A stretch of 64,000 nt of DNA from Felis catus. Its lineage: Eukaryota. The stretch lies in assembly GCF_018350175.1 (NCBI RefSeq), contig NC_058368.1, positions 155,994,001-156,058,000 of the forward strand, given 5' to 3'. Of this stretch, positions 1 to 10,955 are shown one piece after another (position 1 is the stretch's first letter; each line of letters begins with the position of its first letter). The notes beneath the pieces were generated by a model. The model was not told the DNA's origin, did no database searches, and saw nothing but the letters and a program-made list of their open reading frames with translations. The translations under genes and the position numbers were made by a program.

Positions 1-223
1 ATTTGATTTTCTTTAGTGCCAATTTAAATCATTCCTCCCACCCCCAAATGTTATCCACTTCCATTTTCACTTTGGCCTCTTGTTACATCTCATTGTTTGT
101 CTTTTTTGTCTTTACAGATTGTAACCTAAGGATTATCCACAGAGGGTTTGCCTTCCATCTACCGAGGATATACTAGGAAAGTGTTCTAATATTGTGGTGT
201 GATCTCTATATTAAGCATATTAA

Positions 224-226
<3 letters not shown>

Positions 227-268
<42 letters not shown>
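227..268. repeat. (GT)21 microsatellite
   Basis: Perfect GT run read directly; it explains the 'MCVCVC' ORF. Confidence 0.97.
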
Positions 269-270
<2 letters not shown>

Positions 271-1339
271 CCAGAGTGATTTTTACTTTTCCTTAAGCTG
301 GAGCCTCTTTTCACAAGTACTATTTGAGTTCTTTGGATCATTCATCTTCAAAGTAGGAGAGGTTTCTATATCTAGACCGTTTTCATTATCTTGTGGAAAA
401 CCATTGACAACAAATATACTGATTGATTTTGGAGTTGGAGTTTTTTTCGAAGAGATTTTATTAGGGACTGTTTGGTAGAGCCCATTTTAAGTCAGAAGCT
501 ACCTACCCAAAATGTCTGCATTTTCGAATTAGTAATTTTAACATTACTCTCAAGATATTTCTTTGGAGAAAGAATATTTGTAAGCATTATATCTGGAATT
601 CCTGTACTCCAGAATCAGAAAAAAGAATGCAAAGCACTAATTTCTACGTCACAGGATAATTAAAGCAGGAGATTTGCTATTTCTCCATAAAGAGAATTAT
701 GAAGTTAGATAGTGGCCTGGAAACCAATGAAGCTGATTGCAAAATGAATATTTAAAAGCCCCTCTGATTTAATGGGCTCTTGTTTCCATTCCCGTTATTC
801 TTTACAAAGACAAAGAGTCCTCTGTAAATATTGCTTTAAGGATTATCAGGCTTCAATTTTCAAATTCATCTGAAGGCCATAATTTAAACCATAATATTGG
901 CTTTACAAATGTAAACAGTGATTGAACCCCTTTCCTTCAGCTAATAGGAATGCCAATGAAATTAAAGTCAATTAAATAATTGCTTTATTAACCTAATGTA
1001 TTACTTCTGTAAGACATGCTGTGGCATATCCAGCCAGGAGGAGAGCTAGAAGAGAACAAACCTACATCAACGTAAGGAGAATAGAAACCAGCATATTTTA
1101 AAAACTTGATGCAGTGGGAAGAGTTGCAATATTGATCCATCCATTTCTACGTTGTAGTGTAACACTGGCTAAAGATGGAAAAGTCCTAAGAGCGTTGAAA
1201 GGTTTTCATTTGATTTAGATTATATTTAGTAGGGGACAAATTATGTCTACAGGTTAGGTCTAACTTGACTTTTCTCATCTTTCTGCCTTCTGGACACCAG
1301 CTGCAGGGAACTGACTTTACCTCCTCAGACTAAAGCCTA

Positions 1340-1840
1340 GTTGCATCTCTTAGTGACTCACTACTGCTGACAGAATGATGTTTAAACTTTAAACTCCTTA
1401 TCAGAACTTATAAATCCCTTGATGATTTGAATCCTACTCACAGATCCAGCCTCATTTACCACTGTGCTCCTTCCATCCTCCCCCTTAGGAGGACCTTCAG
1501 CTCTCACTGCAGACTCTGCTGGTTCACTGATCTTTCAGGATATAAGTTGAAATATCCCCTCTTCAGCCAGAGAAAACTTTTCTCTGTCCACCTCTGTTTC
1601 CAGCCTCTTCCTCTGCTTCCCCCAGGCAAGTTATCCCATTTTTTCTTTTATGATAATACAGAATTACGTGTTTATTTACTTCTAATATTACATTCCTTGA
1701 GAGATTGGTTTTACTTATTTTGTAGATGTCTTTCTCTCCCACTGTGTTGTCCCCTTCCTTTACAAGGGCAGGACTAGATCAATTATTCCAACAATATCAG
1801 AACTTAGGGAAGTACCTGGTACCTATGAGTAAATAGGCAG
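1340..1840 (+). mobile_element. L2 LINE 3' fragment (ancient)
   Basis: Degenerate L2 3' motifs (tgtctttctctcccact...aagggcaggact...gtacctggtacct); boundaries approximate. Confidence 0.55.
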
Positions 1841-1976
1841 GTATCTCTAGAAAGATACAGAACAAGTTCTTAGTAGTTACAGCCTTTCTTATAGTTCATG
1901 TCCCTCCTGCTCTGCCCCAAATTTTGTTAAGGTCCTGAGCACAAAAAAAGCAATTTTTTTTCGTTTTGATTTTTCT

Positions 1977-2189
1977 TTCTTTTTTTTTTTAATGTTTGTT
2001 TTTGAACGAGAGAGAGAGAGAGAGAGAGACAGACCACGCATGAGTGGGGAAGGGGCAAAGAGGGAGGGAGACACAGAAGCAGGCTGCAGGCTCTGAGCTG
2101 TCAGCAGAGACAGCTTGAACTCACCAACTGTGAGATCATGACCTGAGCCAAAGTCAGATGCTCAACTGACTGAGCCACCCAGGCGCCCC
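1977..2189 (-). mobile_element. CanSINE (SINEC_Fc-like)
   Basis: Minus strand GGGGCGCCTGGGTGGCTCAGTC head, (CT)n tract and A tail; diverged 16-bp TSD at 1961-1976 and 2190-2205. Confidence 0.93.
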
Positions 2190-2319
2190 TTGTTTTGTTT
2201 TTTCTGACACAGGTTCAGACTACACCAAAAGTACAGCCAGAGTTTGCTTCTTTGGAAAGCTTTTATAGATGTTAAGGATGGAAGAAGGGAGGAAGCAGAG
2301 CAAAGGATTACCCTCCTTT

Positions 2320-2750
2320 GGTGCTGATATGCTTTCCATGTATATTATCTCATTTAATCCAAAAACACTATTCAGAATAAATATTATCATTCCCATTTTT
2401 ACAGTTAAGAAAACTGTGACTCTAGGGGCGCCTGGATGGCTCAGTTGGTTAAGCATCCAGCTTCAGCTCAGGTCATGATCTCACGGTCTATGATTTCAAG
2501 CCCACGTCGGGCTCTGCCCTGACAGCTCAGAGCCTGGAGCCTGCTTCGGAGTCTGTGTCTCCCTCTCTGTGCCCCTTCTCCACTTGTGCTCTGTGTCTCT
2601 TGCTCTTAAAAATAAATAAAACATTAAAAAAATATTTTAAAAAGAAAATGTGATTCTTTATATAATTTGTATCAGGCCACTCATCTGACCAGTTACCAAG
2701 CTGGAATTTAAGTTTGACTTGACTCATTCAAAACTCAATTCTATTCTTAA
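2320..2750 (-). mobile_element. MIR interrupted by a CanSINE
   Basis: atctcatttaatcc...attcccatttttacag.taagaaaactg MIR core, which resumes after position 2650. Confidence 0.7.
2425..2641 (+). mobile_element. CanSINE (SINEC_Fc-like)
   Basis: GGGGCGCCTGGATGGCTCAGTTGGTTAAGC...AATAAA tail; TSD aagaaaactgtgactct / aagaaaatgtgattct. Confidence 0.95.
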
Positions 2751-3522
2751 ATTATGGGAACTAAAGAAATTTTAGTTCTACAAAACTGTAATGGCCCATT
2801 CTGTGAGTATTCTAAACTTGATGCAGTTTTGGTTTTCAACTTTAAACATGAGGATTCAGAAATGTTTGCCTCTCATTTCTATTATACTTAGCTTCATTTG
2901 GTAGTTATTCATCTATTGGGTATTTATTAGACATTTACAAAGGCCCAGCAATAAGCTGGACACTTGGAGAGTAAGCATGCCTGAGACACACACAATTTCT
3001 CTACAAATGGTGAAATTCCTTCACCATTTTCTTAGAGACATTCTCATTCTGGAAAGCCAACCTACTTGCTATCCCATTTATGGTTTCTCTGTTTTTTTTT
3101 CTGCCTTTAAACAAATGAACCCTCATACAAACATACACCTCATAGTCTTTATATTAATATTTTTCCTGTTTTCTGTTCTTATTCCAAAAGAAATACATGC
3201 TTCATCTTCTTCACGGTCAACAAAATCTACTGTTTATATAAGTAAATATTTAAGAAGCTTATGTATAGATTTTATACTATTATCACATAAATTAGATTAA
3301 AAAGGAGTGACATTAATTTTATAAAATGCTTATATTATGTGTATGTATACACACACACATCTATATACACACATCCACACATATATATATAAGTACATAT
3401 ATGCATTTGCATAATCTTTAGAAAGTATTAGACTTTAAATGCACAGGTCAGAGTAAATTTAGTCTTTGGAATCTATTTAAATCAGAATGAAGGGACTTCC
3501 CAAATGAAAACTGGCAGCTAGA

Positions 3523-3878
3523 TGTATCAGTTTTCTATGTAACAAACCACCCCAAATTTAGTGAATTAAAATAACACAATTTATTATTTCTCACAGCTCT
3601 GAAGAAAATTCTGTTTGTCCTGCCTAGACTCACTCATGTGGCCCTTGGCAGCTCAACTGGATGGGCTGGGTCTCTGGCCTGTCATACCGGTCTTCTTCAC
3701 AATATGGTGGTGTCAAGATTCCAAGACCATAGCCCCAGTGTAGGTATTAAGATTCTGCTCTTACCACATTTACTGATGTCCATTGACCAAAGCAAGTCAT
3801 TTGGTCAAGCTCAGAGAAAGTGTAGGATGCTCGGAGTTGTGATTCATGGAGAGGCAATTATTCCAGTAATCTACCACA
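3523..3878 (-). mobile_element. MLT1-family MaLR solo LTR
   Basis: TG...CA ends; aacaaaccaccccaaatttagtg...tttattatttctcacag matches an MLT1 3' end in reverse; subfamily uncertain. Confidence 0.75.
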
Positions 3879-4392
3879 CTGAGTATCTTTATAGCATACT
3901 TAAAATTATATCACATATACTTCTAAGGCTGAGGATATGCTTAATTAGCTACACAGAGCCTTGAGGATTCTGACGACTTATTGATGGATATACATCAAAA
4001 GAATATATAAAGTTTGGTTTAGAGATATATACATACATTTAAGTGCTTCTCTGAATTTACAAAGAAACTACATATTAAATATTTCTCATCTATTGATTCT
4101 ACATGCCTTTGGATGCCCACCACACGTTCACCTGTAGCTACTGAATCAGATGCTCAAGGCTTTCCTTTATTTCATTTTTCCTCAAATTCTAAGTGCCTAG
4201 AAGGACTGCTCGTATATCCTGGTTTTTATTCAGCAATTAATATTCAACAACTCTCCATTCACCACTGTAAGCTGGCAAATTCATAGTACCTAGACTGCAT
4301 GTTCTGGACAAGCACAGATCCGAATCCATATAAATTCCTAGGGCAGTTTTTTATGATTCTTAAAAGTAGAGATTCCAAAGCATCTTTTTAAG

Positions 4393-4600
4393 GTATTGGC
4401 ATAGAAAAGGGTATAGGACTTAAAATTCGAAAACATGAGCTTCAGCTTTATCACTGACCATCAAGTCACTTAATCTCTCAGCAATTTAGTTTCCTAATCT
4501 AGAAAAAGAAAGCAATAGTAATAGTAGGTACTTTATAACCTTATTTGGAAGATTAAATGATATGATTTAATGAAGGGCTGTGCAGAATTATACAAATGTA
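4393..4600 (+). mobile_element. MIR/MIR3 SINE
   Basis: caagtcacttaatctctc...agtttcctaatct...gaagattaaatga core. Confidence 0.7.
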
Positions 4601-4603
4601 TTA

Positions 4604-4865
4604 CAGGCCTGCAGTGCCTTACCAGAAACCACTGAGGTCATTTTCAGAATTTAGACTTATTTAAATTTTAGACAGGTAATACAAAGTATATTTTGTTTAT
4701 TAAGTAACATTCCTACCATAGTGTAGGATAGTACCCTATACCAAACACATTAATATATCTGCAGCAAAACATTTAAGTGGAGTGAATTAAGACTATAAGT
4801 TTATAAAGGCTTTTAGTTTAAGAGCTTTTGTATCTCAGAACTGCAGATAAGGGATTGTGGGTTTC
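4604..4865 (+). mobile_element. MER46C-like TcMar-Tigger MITE
   Basis: TA-flanked CAGG...gataagggattgtgg ends; internal ttttagacaggtaatac and aaacacattaatatatctgcagcaaaac match the recalled MER46C consensus. Confidence 0.8.
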
Positions 4866-5229
4866 TATTTTATGTTTTTAATAAGTTTAGGCCATTTTTA
4901 AGTTTTGAAAAACGGTACAAAACCTTTAATGGTTAAGATTGGCTTTATATAGTTATAGATGACTCATACCTTTGTTTTTATAATTTTCTTTCCTTATCGA
5001 TATAGGATCTTCATAAAGTAATGAATAATATTTACATTTGGAAGAAAGAAGAGGGAAGAAGATTAAAAAAAAAAAGAAAGAAGAGGTAAGAAGAGATTTT
5101 AAGGGCAATGAATGGCAGTGATAGTGAATGCATGATAAATAAGCCAGTCGGTAGGTGTTGAATTAGTTTACCTATGGAATATATAATCAGTGGGAAAATA
5201 TACATGAAAAGTACACTGTAAAGTTAGGA

Positions 5230-5970
5230 AAGCTATGTACTGTGTGCCCTGCATTTTACTTAATATTTGTAGGGAAACATTCAATATAAAATCTCTCTGC
5301 CCTCCAGCACAGAGATAGAGCTAACATGTAAAAATGAAGAAGTCATTGAACACAAAGCGTTCTCCATTGTTTAGAAATTTTAAAAGGTATGGATATGAAA
5401 AAAAGGTCAGTATGGATAGGAGCTGCCAAAGAAGGTTTTACAAAGTAAGTGGTACTTGAAGGATAGCTTCAGTTTGGATAGAGAAAAGATAACTGAGCAA
5501 CAATGTCATGTTAAGCAAAGATAGGAGAGTAGTAACGTGTTCCAGAGGCAGAGAAGGACCAGTGTATATAGAACAACAAATGAATCTGAAATCATGCAGT
5601 AGAGCCATTTGTGGAGGGATATAAAAGCCTAGAGGGAATAGTTGGACTTGATGGATCATGTAATAGGAAATCACTGCAAGTTCTTGAGCTGAGGAATGAA
5701 ATCCTGAATTAATACAAGCTTAGCCTGACAGTGAAACAAAGGTGAATCATAATTGGGAGAGACTGGAAACACGGAGGCTGTTGAAATAATCCATGCAGGC
5801 ATATAGTAAGGGTAAGATTCAGCGGAATTGTTGAATAGGAAGAAGAAAAGGTAAATTTAAAAATCTGGTTAGAAGGCATGAAAACAAGCAGAAAAGAACA
5901 CGGCATTTTTAACCAGTACAGCTTCAGATTGGCAAACCAGTTGATGGGATTGGGCACAGATGGGAAAGAA
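5230..5970 (-). mobile_element. L2 LINE fragment
   Basis: Purine-rich degenerate L2 motifs (tactgtgtgcc..., gagactggaa...ggaggctgttgaaataatcca); boundaries approximate. Confidence 0.6.
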
Positions 5971-8216
5971 AGAGGAGTCCACAGAGTAAAGGGGGTCAGG
6001 TGGGAGGTGGGGGAGAGAAATGAAAACAAAAGAAAGCTGAGAGCAGGAAGTTATTTTTTAAAAAGCAAATTACAGGACCTAAACTCCCTTATATCTACAC
6101 TGATAACTTTATTAGTGATGATTAATGTTCAGAAATGATGGTGACTCCCAAGTCATCACAACATTCTCAATCATCAAAATCATCAAAGAAAACAAATCTA
6201 ACACAATGTACGCCAGGAAAATACAATAGAACACCGTGGTAACACATTTTATAAAGACTTTTCACCAAGTGTTTGAAACAAAAAACTGAAGAGTTACCTT
6301 AGAGTTACTCAGAAAATGCAACTAACCAGAACATGCCCTTCCAAAGCATAAGGGAGAGTCAGAGAACACTCAAATGGGAAGAGACTGTGAGGCGTTGATT
6401 TAAATTTGCAAGTATTCAGACCTTCCTAATTCATGAATAGTTAACATCTAATTGTCAGATAGTTCTTCCTTAAGCCATACTGATGTCTCTTTTAATTCCT
6501 ATCCATTAGTAAAAATTATCCTCTAAAACAGCTCAAAAAAATACCATCTTCCATGATAGGTGAATTATTACTTAGAGCCAGAAGTGGAAATTGTTATCCA
6601 GGAGACAGGCAGGAGAAAAACTCTTTAGGATGAGGGAAGTCTGCTATGTCTTGATTGTGGAGATACAATCATACAACCAATTTAATCTAGTTTATTTGTA
6701 TGAAATTACCAAAGTTCAATTAAACTGTCCAGCTAAAATTTCAAAACCAAGACCATCTCAGATGGTAGGTAAGAGCCCTTCAAATATTTGAAAATAAATA
6801 TCTTTCTTAATTAATCCTACTTATATATTTGGAGATTTAAGATGGAAATACGTGATCCAGAATGGGGTAGTGAATTTGCTCAGCATAGACAGCTAGGAGG
6901 ATTTTGTTTTCTCTTTAAAGAAAATAATTACTCAAAAACTTAAATATAATAAATAGGAAACAAACTAGAAAATAAGTGGTTGATTTAATACTTAGATAAC
7001 ATCTCTTAGGTTACAATCATTCATTTAAGAAGATTATCTTCAATAGATTGACTCTGATTAGTTCCAAAGGTCTGGAAATTTTCTATGTAGTAACTTTAAT
7101 ATTAGCTCAGACAATACAATGGTAAAGTTAAGTCAAAATGTTGAAGAGAAACTCTTTAAGAAAGTAAGTGGAAGCCAAAAGAAGAAATAGATTGGGCATT
7201 TTCATAGCCATATTGAGAAGGTGCCCCTTTGGTTAATACATTGACTTGTATTCAGTAGATGTTTCTGTCTTTTACATTTGACTTTCTATTAGTAATATTA
7301 GTAGTTTTGTATAAAGTTGATTAAATGGACCACTAAGGTGGATAGGGTTGGGAAAAAGGCATTTCAACAGGTACACAGAAAAGCAGACAATTAAGAACAT
7401 ACTTCTTAGTTGCTCTGATAATTACAACAGCAAAATCATGTTGTCCTTTTCAATGAAGCGTAATTTGTAAGCTTACTTAACTGCATGTTTCCCACCAGTC
7501 ACTATCATATACATTATCAGGTGGGATTATTACAGTCTAAAAAATAAAGAAGAAAACAAAAATCACAGAAGTATTTCTATATGATTATATTCTTCAGTTC
7601 CAAAAGCCAGCATCCTCTGACTACATTCTTAAGACAACAGTGTTTTCATTATAAAGGAAGCTGACTCACTTCTAAAACTTTTATATAGTTTTGGGCCTCC
7701 TGTGGCGTATTCCATAAAAAGAAAATATCTAAGTAGTTAAATGACTAATAGGTTTATATTTGTAGAGCTTATAACTAAGCATGATTTTTAATCCTGTAGT
7801 TGAGGAAAAAATTTGAGTATAAATCTTTAAAAGTGAAAGGATATAGTACAGGTAAGAGACCTCATGTAAATTATACCATGGCATTCTTGGGAAACCCCAT
7901 ATGTAAAAAATATTCATATATATATATATATATGTGTGTGTGTGTTATTTATATGCAGTGAAATTCATTAATTTGAAATGAAGTTTAGTAATCTCATACA
8001 ATTAAATTGAACCTCCACAATTGAGATACAGAAGAATTTCCTCATCCTAAAATGTTTTCTCATGGCCTCTTTGTACTATCATTTCCCAATTCTGGCTGTA
8101 GTCCGTACTTGAACTACTTTCTGTCATCATACTTTTGCTTTCTCTAAAATTCATATTATTGGAATCATATAGTACCTACTCTTTTGTTTTTAAAATCTTT
8201 CACTTAGCACATTTTT

Positions 8217-8864
8217 TTTGCTTTTCATTGTAACATTCTTTATTTTTAATATGAAGTTTATTGTCAAATTGCTTTCCATACAACACCCAGTGCTCATCCC
8301 AACAGGTGCCCTCCTCAATGCCCATCACCCACTTTCCTCCCTCCCACCCCCCATCAACCCTCAGTTTATTCTCAGTTTTTAAGAGTCTCTTATGGTTTGC
8401 CTCCTCCCTCTCTATAACTTTTTTTCCCCCTTCCCTTCCCCCATGGTCTTCTGTTAAGTTTCTCAGGATCCACATAAGAGTGAAAACATATGGTATCTGT
8501 CTTTCTCTGTATGACTTATTTCACTTAGCATCACACTCTCCAGTTCCATCCACATTGCTACAAAAAGCCAGATTTCATTCTTTCTCATTGCCAAGTAGTA
8601 TTCCATCGTATATATAAACCACAACTTCTTTATCCATTCATCAGTTGATGGACATTTAGGCTCTTTCCATAATTTGGCTATTGTTGAGAGTGCTGCTATA
8701 AACATTGGGGTACAAATGCCCCTATTCATCAGCACTCCTGTATCCCCTGGATAAATTCCTAGCAGTGCTATTGGTGGATCATAGGATAGATCTATTTTTA
8801 ATTTTTTGAGGAACCTCCACACTGTTTTCCAGAGTGGCTGCACCAGTTTGTATTTCCACCAACA
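8217..8864 (-). mobile_element. 5'-truncated felid L1 (L1_Fc-like): ORF2 C-terminus plus 3' UTR
   Basis: Minus ORF reads [16 protein letters not shown]...CTPMFIAALSTIAKLWKEPKCPSTDEWIKK (L1 ORF2 C-terminus); perfect TSD AGCACATTTTT at 8206-8216 and 8865-8875. Confidence 0.95.
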
Positions 8865-10109
8865 AGCACATTTTTGAGATCTGTTCATGTTTGAGTTATT
8901 AATTTTTTTTTCCTTTTTATTGCTGAGTAGTATTTTCATCATAGGGGATATACCACACTTTGATTATCCATCCAACAGTTGATAGATTTTAGGGTTAGGG
9001 CTGCTTCTCTTTTGGCTGTTACGAATAATGTGGCTATGAACATTTGCAGTGACATCTTTTTTGGACATTTGTTTTTACATCGCTGGACTAAAATACCAAG
9101 AAGTAGAATAGCTGAGTTCTACAATAAATATATATGTTTAACTTTATGAAGTACTTTCAGACTGTTTTCCAAAATGGCGATATTGTTTTTCATTCATACC
9201 AGCAATGTATGGAAGTTCCACTTATTCCCATCATCATCAACACCTACTACTGTCAGTCCTTTTAATTCTAGTCATTCTAGTAAGTATGTGTTAGTATCTC
9301 ATTGTGGTTATAATTTACACTTTCCTGAAAACTAGTGATACTGAATACTTTTACCACTGTTTGTTGGCCATTTGTCTATCATCTTTTGTGATGTGTCTGT
9401 TTAAATCTTTCCCCCATTCTAAAAATGTAGTTTTTTTTTTTCTTATTGAGTTGTAAGAATTCCTTATATATTCCAGATTCTAGCTTTTTGCCAGAAGTGT
9501 TCTGTGAAAACTTCCTTCCAGCCTTGATGTGTTTTTTTTTTGTTTGTTTTCTTAACTATGTCTTTTGAAGGACATAGTTTTTAATCTTGATGAGATTTTA
9601 ATCAAAGTTTTTTAATCGAAAGTTTTTAATCTTGATGAGAATCCATTTTATTTCTTCTTTTATTGTTTGTACTTCTTATATGTTATTTAAGAAAGTTTGC
9701 CTAAGCTAGTATAGCAAAGATTTTCTCTCTTTTTTCTAGTCTTCAGAGGTTTAATAGTTTAGGTTCTCGTATTTAAGCCTAAGATTCACTTTGAGTTCAT
9801 CATTATGAAAGTTAAGCATCGGGCTAATATTTCTCCACATACAGATATCCAGTTGAAAGGATTATTTTTTCTCCATTGAATTACCTTGCTACTTTTCTCA
9901 AAAATGAATTGATCATGTAAGTGTAGATTAACTTCTGGACTCTGTTATCCATTTCCATATATGCCTATATCATTCATATGCCAGTTTTACATAGTCTTGA
10001 TCTGTAGCTTTATACTAAATATTCAAATCAGGTGACAACATTCCTTCAACTTTTCAACTTTGTCTTCCTTTTTCACTTTTTGTTTAAAAAAACTTTTTTG
10101 GGGGTGGGG

Positions 10110-10333
10110 AGGGCTCCTGGGTGACTCAGTCGGTTGGGTATCCGACTTTGGCTCAGGTCATGATCTCCTGATCTTTGAGTTCAAGCCCTGTGTCGGGCTC
10201 TGTGCTAACAGCTCGGAGCCTGGAGCCTGCTTCGGATTGTGTGTCTCCCCCACTCTCTGCCCCTCCCCTGCTCATGCTCTGTCTCTCTCTCTCAAAAATA
10301 AACATTAAAAATTTAAAAAATAATAAATAAAAA
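10110..10333 (+). mobile_element. CanSINE (SINEC_Fc-like)
   Basis: GGGCTCCTGGGTGACTCAGTCGGTT...tccgactttggctcaggtcatgatctc, (CT)n tract, A tail. Confidence 0.93.
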
Positions 10334-10337
10334 TTCA

Positions 10338-10544
10338 TTTTTTTAAAGTTTATTTATTTATTTTGAGAAAGACAGAGACATTGCAAGCAGGGGAGGTACA
10401 GAGAGAAAGGGAGAGAGAATCCCAAGCAGGCCCCCTACCTTCAGAACGGAGCCCACCAATGAAGCTCAAATCCATTACCTGTGAGATCATGACCTGAGCC
10501 AAAACCAAGAGTCAGCCACTTAACCGACTGAGCCATGCAGGCAC
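10338..10544 (-). mobile_element. CanSINE (variant carrying gactcttg)
   Basis: gagatcatgacctgagcc...cttaaccgactgagcc with a T-rich tail at its left end. Confidence 0.9.
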
Positions 10545-10756
10545 AGGTACCTTTTAAGGTAAATTTTAAATCATGTCAGTTTCTTCAAAGAATGTTGTTT
10601 GGATTTTGATTGGGGTTGCATAGAATTTAGATACCAGAGTATATAGAGAATTGGCGAATTTAATGTTTAGGTCTTGAACATCTTTTAAAAAAAAAAGTAT
10701 TCCTGAGTGTTTTTATGCTATTTTAAGTGGAGATTTTAATTTTTTTTTTCATGGTT

Positions 10757-10955
10757 GGGGCACCTAGGTGGTTCAGTTGGTTGAGGGTCCGACTCGATTT
10801 TGGCTCAGGTCATGACCCAAAGGTCACGGGATCATGCTCCATGCTGAGCTTGGAGCCTGCTTAAGGTTCTCTTTTTCTCTCTCTCTGCCCCTCTCCCCTG
10901 TTAATGCTCACTCTCTCTAAAAAATAAAAAATAAAAAATGAATAAAATCTAAAAA
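10757..10955 (+). mobile_element. CanSINE
   Basis: GGGGCACCTAGGTGGTTCAGTTGG head; TSD ttttcatggt at 10746-10755 and 10956-10965. Confidence 0.93.

Noticed and set aside
100..180. Acceptor-like ttttttgtctttacag with a downstream short frame
   Set aside because: All frames close quickly, there is no good donor and the peptide is not recognisable.
8463..8942. 159-aa minus-strand ORF
   Set aside because: L1 ORF2 C-terminus fused by chance to the flanking old L1.
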